Source: Octopus bimaculoides (taxonomy: Eukaryota). Taken from it: DNA of 64,000 nt. Positions 13,067-25,721 of the stretch are shown here, one piece after another. The notes beneath the pieces are model-generated. The model was given only the letters and a program-made list of their open reading frames with translations, had not been told where the DNA came from and made no database searches. A program made the translations under genes and the position numbers. The stretch is taken from the NCBI RefSeq assembly GCF_001194135.2, contig NC_068983.1, forward strand, positions 107,435,128 to 107,499,127, in the 5' to 3' direction. The number at the start of each line of letters is the position of its first letter. Within the stretch, counting starts at the first letter, position 1.

Positions 13067-13599
13067 CAGTGAGAAAGAGAGGGCATATATCAGTTACAGT
13101 TCAAAGTTCTCAATCTTTAAGATTATGATACTTACTGCCAAAAAGTCAAAAATAGAAATATGTGCAACATTTTGAGAAGAAGCAGTTTAAAAATGGTTTA
13201 CTTAATATGAAACCTGAGAAACAGAAATGAATATAAACAAATATAAAAATGTCATTTTTGGTATCAGAGACGCCAGCTATTTAATACAACAGATATTACT
13301 TTTCTTGTATGATCAAATAATACAAATAAAGGAACAAGTAGCATCATGAACTGTAGGATTACACTGACATGAGGGTGGTCACAGTAAATGGTGGGTCAAA
13401 CAAAAAAGAGATGACAGTGAATCTGGATGCAAGGAAACTATTCTTCTAACTTATGGAAATATTGATATTTGAAAAGAAAGCTCAATTTACTGTTTAGTTT
13501 GAAGTCTTAGTTGATAAATATATTATAGATTATGAAAATTAATAGAGGGTGGTTTTGTTGTTGTTGTTGTTGTGTTGGAGGTTGCTGCTGTCATTGTTG

Positions 13600-13840
13600 T
13601 TTACCTTCAGAGCAGTTCTGATCAACCACTTCTATCATCAAAACATTCAATTTATGAGCATTGCATCATATTTTCAGATAACTTGTCCTTCTCTCACAAT
13701 TTTAAAGATAGTAAGTTGCAGTTCGAAAGGAAAGCGGCTGCTATTTCCACTATTTGCTGAGACTCCATCACTGACTCTTTGTTGATAATTTTACTGAAGA
13801 TGGAGCAGAATCGAATGCAATTAGACCCAATATTTTTTGC
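13600..13840 (+). mobile_element. Possible decayed Penelope GIY-YIG C-terminus
   Basis: SIYEHC...SFSHNFK..ERK followed by CTGAAGATGG...CGAA, a pLTR-like remnant. Confidence 0.3.
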
Positions 13841-14119
13841 AAACAACTTGCAGATTCAAGTACTACCAGTTGAAAACTTTGCATACCAGATGCTAGCAAG
13901 TTTATGACCTACCTCTAATTAACCTTTGTTAAGCAAACTAAACAAAGAGATATAGCTGAGAACACAAATGGTCATGATATATATATATATGTATATGTAT
14001 GTGATTGTGTGTGTTTTACTCTATACTTTTACTGAGTACAGTCTTATCATTCTTAAACAAGAATATTGCTAACAGCAACTTCAAAGTTTGGGCCAGTTAC
14101 GCCATCATTGAACTGTAAT

Positions 14120-14710
14120 GCATTAAATTTAGTCTTATTTTTATATAGTCTCTATTAAATTAAAATCTTCCTTGGGTGTGTGGATTTGAGTGCAGTGGTA
14201 AATTAGGTTTTTAGGGTGGTTTGCTATGGAGAGGTGATTTGGAGACATTTTTTATTGATTAAATTTGGCGTTATAATATTGCTTGAAATTTACTCGTGTA
14301 TGTAGATCTTTGCAAATACGTGTGTAGGCATTGCTCTTCTGTTAGGTAGGCACAAGGTGTGAGAGTATTTTTATTGTTTTTTGTTTTGGTGAATTTAATC
14401 CTTTTGCTTTGAAAATGTAAAGCTCACTGGTACAAAGGCTAGTGTATTGGCCCTTAATAACTGGGTATGTCAATTTTTTTCCTCACAAAAGATTGTAGGT
14501 AGAAGGTACATTTTGCTGGTCATATTTTTATTTGTTATTTAAGGTTTTTCTTGCTTTCATTTGTGAGGCAGAGTTTATTAGTCAGGCATGTCATGGTATT
14601 GATAGTATAAAAAATTGCTTCTTTTGTGCTTTGATGCTCAAAAAGGTATTTGGGCAAAGGTTTTAGGTCTGCATCTTTCTTTCAAGATATTTATTGTTCT
14701 GTAAGCAATT
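14120..14710 (-). mobile_element. Possible decayed Penelope GIY-YIG region
   Basis: Minus-strand fragments resembling C.LCEEK and TSEL occur in the expected order; heavily mutated. Confidence 0.3.
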
Positions 14711-14859
14711 TTTTTAATTAAAATTTTTTTTGTCCTAATTTTCATACACGAATATATAAACACCTATAATGCTTTAGCATAGATCTAGAACAGAATTTAA
14801 AGAAACTTTATAAACAAATTCTACCTCCATAAAACATGAAGGTTAAAATTTCTATATAT

Positions 14860-15675
14860 CAGGTCATCCCATAAGTTCTGTCTGATTTTACCTTTTTTTT
14901 AAATTGAATGAAATTTAATAGTATTTTAGAATGTCTAATGGAATTAAAAATTATTTTTATGTATTTGTGTACATTTGAACTAATTAAATATTATTTTACA
15001 GAACAATAGAATTAAAATTTCTTTGATTAAAACCCTTTCTAACATGAAGTATCCAAAGAGCATTTAAGGCACATAATGCTTTATGAGTACAAAAAGGAAA
15101 CTCTGTAGCCGAAGCAACTCGAAACATACACTCAGTTTATGGGAAAGAATGCTTGAATGAAAGAACTTGCAGAAGATGGTTTGCAAAATTCAGTAGTGGA
15201 GATTTCAGCCTTGAAGATGAAGATTGAACAGGACATNNNNNNNNNNCTAATTAAATATTATTTTACAGAACAATAGAATTAAAATTTCTTTGATTAAAAC
15301 CCTTTCTAACATGAAGTATCCAAAGAGCATTTAAGGCACATAATGCTTTATGAGTACAAAAAGGAAACTCTGTAGCCGAAGCAACTCGAAACATACACTC
15401 AGTTTATGGGAAAGAATGCTTGAATGAAAGAACTTGCAGAAGATGGTTTGCAAAATTCAGTAGTGGAGATTTCAGCCTTGAAGATGAAGATTGAACAGGA
15501 CATCCAGCTGAGTTTGATGATAAGCTCCTTGAGGCATTACTTGAAGAAAATCATGCATTATCAGTTGAAGACTTGACAATAAAGCTTAGTTCAAACCATA
15601 CAACTGTTCATCGTCATCTTCAGCAACTTGGAAAAGTTCTTAAACTTGGAAAATGGGTGCCTCATGAACTGTCAG
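14860..15675 (+). mobile_element. Mariner transposon, 5' part (TIR plus transposase N-terminus), 3'-truncated
   Basis: Starts TA|CAGGTCATCCCATAAGTTCTG and encodes KEHLRHIMLYEYKKGNSVAEATRNIHSVYG..CRRWFAKFSSGDFSLEDE..LLEENH..TVHRHLQQLGKVLKLGKWVPHELS (HTH domains and WVPHEL motif). About 260 nt is duplicated across the 10-N gap. Confidence 0.9.
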
Positions 15676-15904
15676 CGGAGGAAAGGTAGTGTCTGTGATC
15701 TTTAAGAGGACCTCAGAGACATTCTTGCATGTCATAAGAGGTGACTAAAATGATTATCATCAAGAAGGGTTTCTGGTCATAAAACACAGCCTCCAATGGT
15801 CATGTCCAATCTATACCAACTCGGAAAAGAAGGCACAAAAACAATGACCATGTTTATGCCAGTTGATCTTCTTTCTACAAATTTCCCTTCAGTACCCCAT
15901 GTAA

Positions 15905-16200
15905 GGAGGTGGTGAACTGGCAGAATTGTTAACACACTGAGCAAAATGCTTAGCTGCATTTCATCTGTCATTATGTTCTGGATTAAAATTCTGCCATGGT
16001 TGACTTTGTCTTTCATCCTTTCTGAGTTGATAAAATAAATACCAGTTGAGTACTGGAGTTGATCTAATCGACTTAGCCCCTTTCCCAAAATTACTAGCCT
16101 TGTGCCAGAATTTGAAACAAATATTCCATGTAAGGACTTAGCCCCTTCCCCAGAATTACTAGCCTTGTGCCAAAATTTGAAACAAATATACCATGTAAGG
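15905..16200 (+). mobile_element. tRNA-derived SINE family B with a tandemly duplicated ~68-nt 3' end
   Basis: GGTGAACTGGCAGAATTGTTAAC..GACTTTGTCTTTCATCCTTTC..; GACTTAGCCCCTT.CCCA.AATTACTAGCCTTGTGCCA occurs twice. Confidence 0.8.
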
Positions 16201-17224
16201 ACTAACTTTCAAAATCTGTATGAATTTAATACTTGAATTGTAAATCTGATTGGAAGATGCATATATGTGGAAAGCAACTCGTGAAATATTTCTAATTCAA
16301 GGTTCTATGATAGACTTAATACATAGTAAGACTATTGAACTTTTAGTGCATTTACAATTTTACTTGTAGAGAAGCACGATGTTAAAAGCTTTAACACAGA
16401 TTGTTACATCAGCTATTTTCAGTCACCAGTCATGCACTATCAGCAAGCACATTATCCTGATTTTTTCTTCTTCTTTTGGAAAAGCATCTGATTAAACACC
16501 TAATAAAAAAATATTTTGTTAACAATTTCCTTCAGAAAGATTCTTTAACTGATTGGTGTCGACTTATCTCTTGTTATCAGTGATATCAGCTAAGTAAAGA
16601 GTTACAACTGTTATAGATAAATCAGAAGCTAAAGCCAGTAAGATGAGAGTGAAAAGATAATGATATTTTTTGAAAGCAATCTTATTCATGAATCAGAAAT
16701 GTGAAATACAGTCTAAGCGATAAGAATGCACAAATTTAACTTCTTTCTTTTCTTTTCAGTTTTAAGATTCTTAAGTTTATAACTAATGCTAAGATCTAGG
16801 AGTATACAATTCCTGTGAAATTGCATTGAATGAAATGTAAATATATAAATAGAACATTTCTTTCTCATAACAAAATATTAAGGATTTCCATTATTATAAT
16901 GCAAAGTAAAGTTGCAATATTTAAAAAAAAATTTATTTTATACAAAATTATTTTTTATCTAATCTCAAGATCATTAGCACATAGTTTGTAGATTGTACAA
17001 TATACTTTTCTCAAAATGAAGATGGTTTTTAATATATTTTTTGGAACTTAATTCTTACTAGGTGCTTTGATTTGATTGAACTTCTCTCATAAGAAACCAT
17101 GTGACATTTAAGATAACTTTAGTATATTTAAATTAACCTGGTTGCAATTCACAGAACTGTATATCTTATGCTTCTAACATGCTTGTAAAGGAAAAGAACA
17201 CAAACGTTCCTAAACATCTATGTG

Positions 17225-17630
17225 CAGGTGTGGCTGTATGGCAATATGCTTGCTTTCTAACCACATGGTCCTGGGTTCAGTCCCACTGCATGTCACCCTG
17301 GGCAAGTGTCTTCTATTATAGCCTCGGGCCGACCAAAGCCTTGCGAGTGGATTTGGTAGACAGAAACTGAAAGAAGTCCATCATATATATATATATATAT
17401 GTCTGTATATATCTATGCATGTGTGTCTTTGTGTCTGTGTTTGTCTCCCCACCACTGCTTGACAACCAGCGATGTATTTACATCCCCATAGTTCGGCAAA
17501 AGAGACAGATAGAATAAGTACCAGGCTTATAAAAAGTAAGTACTGGGGTCAATACTTTTGACTAAAAATTCTTCAAGGTGGTGCCCCAGCATGGCAGCAG
17601 TCTAATGTCTGAAACAAGTAAAAGATAAAA
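17225..17630 (+). mobile_element. SINE family A, full length
   Basis: GGTGTGGCTGTATGG..CCACATGGTCCTGGGTTCAGTCCCACTG through ATGTCTGAAACAAGTAAAAGA. Confidence 0.9.
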
Positions 17631-17689
17631 TATAGAAGATAAATATATCTGATGTTTCACCTCTGTTTACAGAGTTATTTGCCCTTATT

Positions 17690-17918
17690 TTACTTACTCT
17701 TCTTTTCTACTCTAGGCACAAGGCCCGGAATTTTATGGGAGGAGGGGGAGGACAGTCGATTAGATTGACCCTAGTATGCAACTGGTACTTAATTCATCAA
17801 CCCTGAAAGGATAAAAGGCAACGTCAACCTCAGCAGAATTTGAACTCAGAACGTAAAGACAGGAAATGCCGTTAAGCATTTCGTCTGGCATGCTAACATT
17901 TCTGCTAGCTTGCCACCT
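17690..17918 (-). mobile_element. SINE family B
   Basis: Reverse complement of the 15905 element. Confidence 0.85.
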
Positions 17919-17959
17919 TTTTCATTTTATTTATTATAACAGTACTGTAATATAATTGA

Positions 17960-18255
17960 AAGCATGGTCATGTGGTTCAGCAGTTGACTCTACATTCTTT
18001 TGGCTCTGGGATCAGTTACAATGGGCCAACCAAAATCTTGTGATTCAAATTGGCTTGATACAAACTATGAAGTCTGTGAGAAGGACTGTACCTGTTCTTG
18101 AGTGCGTTTATCAGTGTGTAGTGCATTGCAAGCATTGAGCCCAGTCTAAGTCTGAAGACAACTCACGAGTTATGATTTCTTTTCCTTTCTTCCATCAATC
18201 TCTGAGGTTCTCTAAAAGGTCACAGACACTACCTTTCCTCCGCTGACAGAATCAA
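17960..18255 (+). mobile_element. Another tRNA-head SINE-like repeat; an inverted ~50-nt piece of its 3' end lies at 15670-15720
   Basis: GCATGGTCATGTGGTTCAGCAGTTGACT head. CTGTCAGCGGAGGAAAGGTAGTGTCTGTGA is shared in opposite orientation with the mariner breakpoint. Confidence 0.5.
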
Positions 18256-18302
18256 AACAAAAAAAAAAAAACATCTTGAGTCTTACATTTGAATCATATT
18301 AA

Positions 18303-18519
18303 TTATTGGTTTCAAATTTTAGCACAAGGCCAGCAATTTCAAGGAGGGGATAAGTCAATTAGATTAATCCCTCACTTCAGCTAGTACTTAATTGATTGAC
18401 CCTGAAGAGATGAAAGGCAAAGCTGACCTCGGCAGAATTTGAACTCAGAATATAAAGATTGAGGAAATGCTGCTAAGTATTTTGCCTGGTGTGCTAACAA
18501 TTCTGCCAGCTTGCCACCC
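18303..18519 (-). mobile_element. SINE family B
   Basis: GACCTCGGCAGAATTTGAACTCAGAA core. Confidence 0.85.
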
Positions 18520-20029
18520 TAATCGTACTGATCATTAATCACAATACCAACATATCTGTAAATACTGGGGTTGTCTTTTAATAAGTATACAATTTGAGCT
18601 GTTGAGATGTTTGTTATAGTCTCAAAATAAATATATAATGTGGTTTTCTTGGAGGAATATATAAGGCAATAAATAAATAAATAAATAGATAAATAAATAA
18701 AATATAACCCCAATTAAGTCTGGCTAAGTTTACCAATATGTCAATGAAGTATGGCTAGATGATTGATTACAATACAGAAGTTTATAAAAGTAGAAGCTCT
18801 ATAGTATTCAAATGTATTATCATAGTTATAGGATTCAAGTAAAATATTGGCTGTTATTGCTGCTTAGCCCCAGGTCAGCTCTGATTGGGTACACCTATGA
18901 TCAAAAGCCTTCCAGTCACAGCCATCCCATCAATTTTCTTTTTCTCCTAGGCACAGTGTATCAAGGACTACGTTATTCTATGTCCTTGAATTTTTGAATT
19001 TGGTAGAGTGTGATATGATTTGAAGTAGACTTGGCCACAAACAGAATTCCCTTCATTGCCTGTGCTTGCAACAAATGATAATATCAAACACAGTGAGTGT
19101 ATATAAAATTCCTTTATATTAATGCTTTGAACAGGTTTCACTCATAGAACATTGTGTATCCTTAATATCATTTGATGCCTACTAACTACATACTATGATG
19201 GTTGGAGAAATACTTAAGTAAATAAATATCATATGATCAGGAATATGACAAAAGAAACTGGACATTAGTATCTTAATGGAACCTTAAAAAGAACGACTGT
19301 CTCTTGGCTATCAGTATGAAATTAGGCATAGCTTTGTAATATGAAAGTTTGCTACTGACTTTAACATAGATACTTTCAGCATCACTTGTTTATATTTATT
19401 TATTTGATATTGCCATTAGTAAACGATGGCATCATTAGTTACAGGTTTCCAGTTGGTTTCAAATATTGGTTCATTGCTTTTCTTATCGACGGAGTAGCCA
19501 GGAAGTGCCTGAACCAATGAAAGGGACTTTATGCATAAAGTGACTTTTTATCATTGGTGTTCACATCCTTTGCTGATATAAATTCTTGAAGGTACACACA
19601 CACACTCACAGACATTCACACACGTGTAAGTGTATGCATGTACGCACACACAAACACACATTCACACAGACATTCGCACACACATATTCACACACACACA
19701 TCTGAGTGCATGCTGACACATACATGCATGCACACACACACACACTTGACTTTCAGTTTGCAGGATAGATTGGTTCTGTGAATCATTGTGCAAATTGAAA
19801 TCATGTAAATTCAAAGATATATGTTAGTGATGTTATTAATAAAAAAAAAGCACCCACATAAACAAAAATTAGACAATTATTTATTGAAATGCAGATAATA
19901 AATATAATTATTGTGTGTGTGTCTATATAAGGTACACATAAACACACTTACATGTATGTATATTATCTATATATATGTGTGTGTGCATATTACATATATA
20001 GATAGATAAATAGAGAGATACATACATAT

Positions 20030-20035
20030 ATATGA

Positions 20036-20080
<45 letters not shown>

Positions 20081-20166
20081 TATGTTTATACATATGTGTG
20101 TGTGCCTATATTTATATATATTTGGATACATATATGTTTACATATATATGTAAATATGTATGTGTG

Positions 20167-20264
<98 letters not shown>

Positions 20265-20320
20265 TCCATACATACATGCATAAATACATATGTATGTATG
20301 TATGTATGTATGTATGTGTA
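20030..20320. repeat. Compound (TA)n/(CA)n/(TATG)n microsatellite
   Basis: Direct reading; it produces the YIYI ORFs. Confidence 0.95.
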
Positions 20321-20726
20321 TATGGGTGCTGTTGTAAATTGGATTTTATCTTTTATTTCAATAATTTGTTTCCATTATGTTTCTGCGCATGTATGATGTA
20401 TGTTTTATACAATCGCTGATTCTTTAACTTTATTTCTTTTGAATTTTAAATGTTCTAATAGATGCTTCCTTTATATTAAACTGTTTTGTAGCTCCCGTTA
20501 ATCTGTTAAAGCCTTTCCTTCCCATTTTGAAGTTGATTTAATATATTAATTTTCATTTCCTCTGAAATTGGGTTTTTTGATATATGAAACTCTTTTGCTC
20601 AATCTCCAAAATATTTTGAAATATATGAAAATATAATTTTTGACATAAATGTTAGTCTACCTCACTATCAAAGAAACAAGCTAAAAGTGAAATGAAAGGA
20701 AAAATGAAAAAGCTGAAACATCTTTT

Positions 20727-20940
20727 ATCTTTTCCTTGTTTCAGTCATTTGACTCTGACCATGCTGGAGCATCATCTTGAAAGGTCTTAGTCAAACAAAT
20801 GACCCTCAGGACTTATTCTTTGTAAGCCTAGTATTTATTCTATTGGTCCCTTAGGCTGAACCACTAAGTTATGGGGATGTAATCACACCAACACTGGTTG
20901 TCAAGCAGTGGTGGGGGCCAAACACAGACACAAAGACACA
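20727..20940 (-). mobile_element. SINE family A, 3' half
   Basis: GTTTCAGTCATTTGACT..GGACTTATTCTTTGTAAGCCTAGT core. Confidence 0.85.
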
Positions 20941-21284
20941 CACACCCACACATACACACACATACACAGATATATATTCATACATACATGCATCTATATA
21001 TATATATGTATGTATGTAGTCACTACTGATGAGTTTTAATTTTAAATGAGACTGAGGCTACTATAGGGATCTCACTCACTGTGGGATGGTTATCTCCCTT
21101 GTCAGTGTATGGAGGTGTGCTTCCTTTTGGTTAAGGGGTTTTTAACTCCTATTTCTAGCAATGTAGGTTCTACCCTGCACTGTCAATCGCAATTAGTGAC
21201 AATTGGATTTTTCCTTTTTGGTTTTATATTGCATATAGCTGCATTAATCATCATCATTATTATATATAGAGAGAGAGTGAGAGA

Positions 21285-21592
21285 GAGCGAGATCGTTGCC
21301 AGTGTCCCTGGACTGGCTCTTGTGCGGGTGGCACATAAAATACACCATTTTGAGCGTGGCCGTTGCCAGTACCGCCTGACTGGCCTTTGTGCCGGTGGTA
21401 CGTAAAAGCACCCACTACACTCTCTGAGTGGTTGGCGTTAGGAAGGGCATCCAGCTGTAGAAACTCTGCCAAATCAGATTGGAGCCTGGTGTAGCCATCT
21501 GGTTTCACCAGTCCTCAGTCAAATCGTCCAACCCATGCTAGCATAGAAAGCGGACGTTAAACGACGATAATGATGATGATGATGATGATATA
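21285..21592 (+). mobile_element. 3' end/UTR of an RTE-type LINE or derived SINE ending in (GAT)n
   Basis: GGCACGTAAAAGCACC..GGCGTTAGGAAGGGCATCCAGCTGTAGAAAC..ACCCATGCTAGCATAGAAAGCGGACGTTAAACGACGATAATGATGAT. The same tail is joined to the RTE RT at 50535-51960. Other copies lie at about 3150-3595(-), 8375-8470(+), 10965-11135(-), 41365-41490(+), 50535-50870(-) and 54290-54525(+). Confidence 0.8.
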
Positions 21593-22007
21593 NNNNNNNN
21601 NNNNNNNNNNNNNNNNNNNNNNNNNNNNNNNNNNNNNNNNNNNNNNNNNNNNNNNNNNNNNNNNNNNNNNNNNNNNNNNNNNNNNNNNNNNNNNNNNNNN
21701 NNNNNNNNNNNNNNNNNNNNNNNNNNNNNNNNNNNNNNNNNNNNNNNNNNNNNNNNNNNNNNNNNNNNNNNNNNNNNNNNNNNNNNNNNNNNNNNNNNNN
21801 NNNNNNNNNNNNNNNNGGAACTGAACCTGGAACCAGGTGGTTGGGAACCAAGCTTCTTACCACAAATCCATGCCTGCACCTATGATATGAGAATGTGGAA
21901 GAAGAGAAAAAATGGAAAAGAGAAAATTAATCAAATTCAAATTCATGTTGAAGTGAAATCTTGCAAACTGTTGAGTACTGTGTAAATCAAAGTACAAATA
22001 ATCACTC

Positions 22008-22545
22008 TTGTTGTTGTTGTTGTGGTCATTGTGATTGTTGTTGTGGTCATTGTGATTGTTGTTGTGGTCATTGTGATTGTTGTTATTGTTGTTGTTGTGA
22101 TTGTTGTCAGTGTTGTGGTCATTGTGTTCACTACAGTCATAATTGTTGTCATAACTGCTGTTGTTGTAGTTGCTCACTGTTAATGATGTTACAGTGATCT
22201 TCAACGTCATCATTGTCATCATTGTCATCATCATCGTCATCATTGGAATCGTAGTCACGACTGCCACCATTACTGATGCTGCTGATACCATCACTCCCAC
22301 CCCAATCACTACCACCACCACTATAATCACCTCCACCACCCTCATCATCAACACTGTCATTTTAATGTCCACTTGCATGGATCAGACAGAATGTGTTGAG
22401 ACAGAATTTGTTGTGGCCTCATCACCAGCATCGTCACCATCACCAACACCATCATCATCCTTATTGTTGTCATCATCATCGTAGTCATCGTTATTACTAC
22501 TACCACTAATCTCCTCCTCCTTTTCCTTGTCATCATCATCATCAA
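22008..22545. repeat. Degenerate trinucleotide (TTG)n/(CAT)n/(CAC)n tract
   Basis: Direct reading; it produces the poly-C, poly-N, poly-T and poly-M ORFs. Confidence 0.9.
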
Positions 22546-22797
22546 CACCCACTTTTCCATGCTTGCAGGGGTCAGGGAGAGTTCATTGATGTAGACTTTC
22601 CTATGGCTAGAAGCCCTTCGTGACATCAACTTTCACTTGTTTCCAAGCAAAGTAATTTTTCCCTATGACTGATCATATTTTCATGAAAGACTGGAAATGA
22701 ATGACACCACTTGTATAACAGTGACAATCATTTACAAAGAAGTTGAGGAAGTACAAACGCACACACATGCACATATGTATGAATATATACATATATA

Positions 22798-22978
22798 TGA
22801 TGGGCTTCTGTCAGATGTCATCTACCAAATCCTCTCACAAGGCTATGGTTGGCCTAGAGATATACTCTTTTACTCATTTCAGCCATATGGCTGCAGTCAT
22901 GCTGGAGCACTACTGTGCAGAAGATTCTTACTTAAGATGCCAGCAGTGAGATTGAACCCAAAAGCACATGCTTGGGAT
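22798..22978 (-). mobile_element. SINE family A, degenerate and rearranged
   Basis: GATGGGCTTCT..CTACCAAATCC.CTCACAAGGCT fragments. Confidence 0.6.
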
Positions 22979-25721
22979 GATTTCTATACAGTTTCTATCA
23001 ACCAAATTCCATTTAATGAAGCTATGGCAGAAGTTATTTGCCTAATGTGTTGCATGATGGGATAAAACCAAATCAGTTTTTCGTAAACCTGTGTTTGCCA
23101 AACAACTTAAATACTCCATGTGGATACAAACAAATCATTTTATGTGAAAGACATTTACAATGATTGATGAAATTACTTCTAAGGAATACAACCAGTCGCT
23201 TTTTTTTTTTTTGTTATTGACATTCTGCAATATGTTATTACTAGTAAAATTTGAAGAATTAAACAGTTAATTAATTAAATTATTACTGATTCTTTCTTAC
23301 AATAATGGGAAAATGTTTTTATTATAATTAAACAAATGTTTAGTTTCAACCAAAAGGTCATGCATGTGTATAAATTGCTGTAGGTTGCTAGCTTGACATT
23401 TTGGTTTTTATTCCTTCTCATTTACATATTATAGTTACAGCAACTGCTTAGGAATGAGTGTGGTTTGAAATTTAAGGCACTTTATAAACAACAAGAAAAT
23501 AAACTGGAGAAAACTTCAGTTTTTTTTTTAATTAGAAGCCTTTCTACTGATTTTCTTTCGAGATGGAATAGTTTTTTTTTTCATTTGTAGAGACATATTT
23601 TAAAGTATTTATTTGTTTCACTTTTTTCTCCATTTTTCTGTTTTCATTTTATTTTTTTAATTCATTGAATATTTGACATAAAGGCTTCAGTAACACATCT
23701 TTTCTATTAGTTTAATAGAATGATTTTTTTTTCTAACTTGAACCATTGATAGTTCTGCATTTGAAAGTTTTAACATTTTTGCCTTTCAGGTAAAATTCTG
23801 AATTGTCTAGAATTGTTTAGATTTTGGTCAATAATGAACATAAATTAAATTGGCATCTTAATTTTTCTTTCCATTTTGAAGAAGTATGCATAGAGCTGAA
23901 CAGCTCAAAAACATCAATGGAAAAGCAGCAGGGATTAATTTTTATGATATTTACTCTGAGCTTACCAATACATAATTAAAGCATCCAAATGAAAGGATAT
24001 AAGAATACTTAAATTTATAAAAAGCATGTGTAAATATATTTTCTGTCTATTTTCTCAAGAAACACCATAGAGAAACAAACCTTTAGTTCTTACTTTCTTG
24101 TCTCTTTGTAAAATATTCAAGTGTGAGAAAAAGAAAATAAAAATAATAACCAAATCAATGTTGTGGATTATCACAAAGCTGTAAAGTAAGAAAAAGATAG
24201 TTGATTATATAGGAAAATATTGAGAGATTCTGCTTTATTACTGCATGAATGAGTTTTTGATAGTGGCTACATTTCATTGTATAGAATATCTGCTTGATAG
24301 AGCATAGGGAAAGATCATGGTGTTAGTAATAAAATAAAATAAAGGATATTGACTGTTTGGGATTGAAATAAAAACTCCTTTGATATACAGAATCAAGGAT
24401 TATGTAGTAGCTTTATAATGATGGATTTTCTGTGAATTTAAAAGAGTATCCACAAAGTTGTTATTGTAAGCTCGTGATTAAAGCCATAAAATCCATTCTT
24501 TTGACTAGACACCTTATCCAAGAATGGCTTCAGTGGAGATCACCAAAGATGAAAACAGTATTAAAGATTAAAATTTGGATATAAAGCATATAACCATAGT
24601 GATAGAGATGTTATTCCCAGGGAGAATAATAACTAAATATTATAACAAGCAAAAAGTATGAAATGCAGTATCTCTCTCTGAAAAAAGAAATCCAACAGTA
24701 GTAACAATTGAAATTGGTAATCATAACATTAGCAATTCTCTTTCTTTCGCTTATGGTGATGATAATCATAGCAGCTGAACATTATAATGTCATTAATAAC
24801 TAAAGCTATATGGTCGTAGTTATAGTTTAGAAAAACAATGGCTGGCACATCATACATAAAAGTGTCATGGTCAATATAGGGCCTAAATTATCTAATGTTT
24901 TCGTTATCATTGCAGCATCATATATTTCCTTGTAAATTAAATAAAAAAATTAAACTAAGAACATTCCAGATTTGTCTAATTTAAAACTAAAATGTATTCA
25001 CTTGATCAATACATTTGAAAGATACTACTAAAATGATACTAGATTTGGAGCACTGTACAAAAATATATTCAATACAAGTTACCAGAAATTTAAAGAAATA
25101 TTCAAAATTATTTCTTTGAAAAACAAAACACAAAAAAAAGCAAGAAATGTATAAACATACAGCCAATACCTAGAAGTATTTGCTCATTAAACTAAAATAG
25201 CCAATCGGCTCTTAGTTACAGTTGTTTATTGAAAATTTATTCTAAACACCCAATTATCTTGTTAGCTTTTGTATCTGTTTATTCAAAAAGGAAGATTAAA
25301 GAGATTTCTCTGCTATATTTCTTGATATAATTTGTTTTTGAAATTGGCATTACAAAATAATAGATTACAAGATATTAGAAATAGTGATCATATGCATTAG
25401 GTCATCTGCTATAAATAGCAGGCATTACCATAGTTTTATTTTCTTTTTATATTTTGAAAGAATATTCTATTTTCAGCATATTGTATTTTGAATAGATTTA
25501 ACTCAGAAGTATAAAAACATCAGTTCTATAGATTAGAGATAATTTTGAGCTATACCTGGCAATGGACATATTAGCTCCACAAGGAGGAGTAAATGAAAAC
25601 CAGCATACAAATTTATAAGCAACGTCTATCATACCCACTTACATGCAGCGTTCTCACACACAATATATATACACATATATATTGTATACATATGTGTGTG
25701 TGTGTGTGTACTGTATATATA

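Noticed and set aside
14978-15510. Apparent ~260-bp tandem duplication within the mariner
   Set aside because: The identical copies flank a 10-N gap, the typical signature of unmerged contig overlaps. The same is seen at 12800-12900.
18230-18270. Minus-strand 10-nt microexon-like signal TTTTGATTCTGTCAG|CGGAGGAAAG|GTAGTG
   Set aside because: The same sequence occurs inverted at 15670, so it belongs to a dispersed repeat.
21020-21075. CTGATGA-gttttaattttaaat-GAGAC string
   Set aside because: The core is mutated and stems I and III cannot be formed convincingly.
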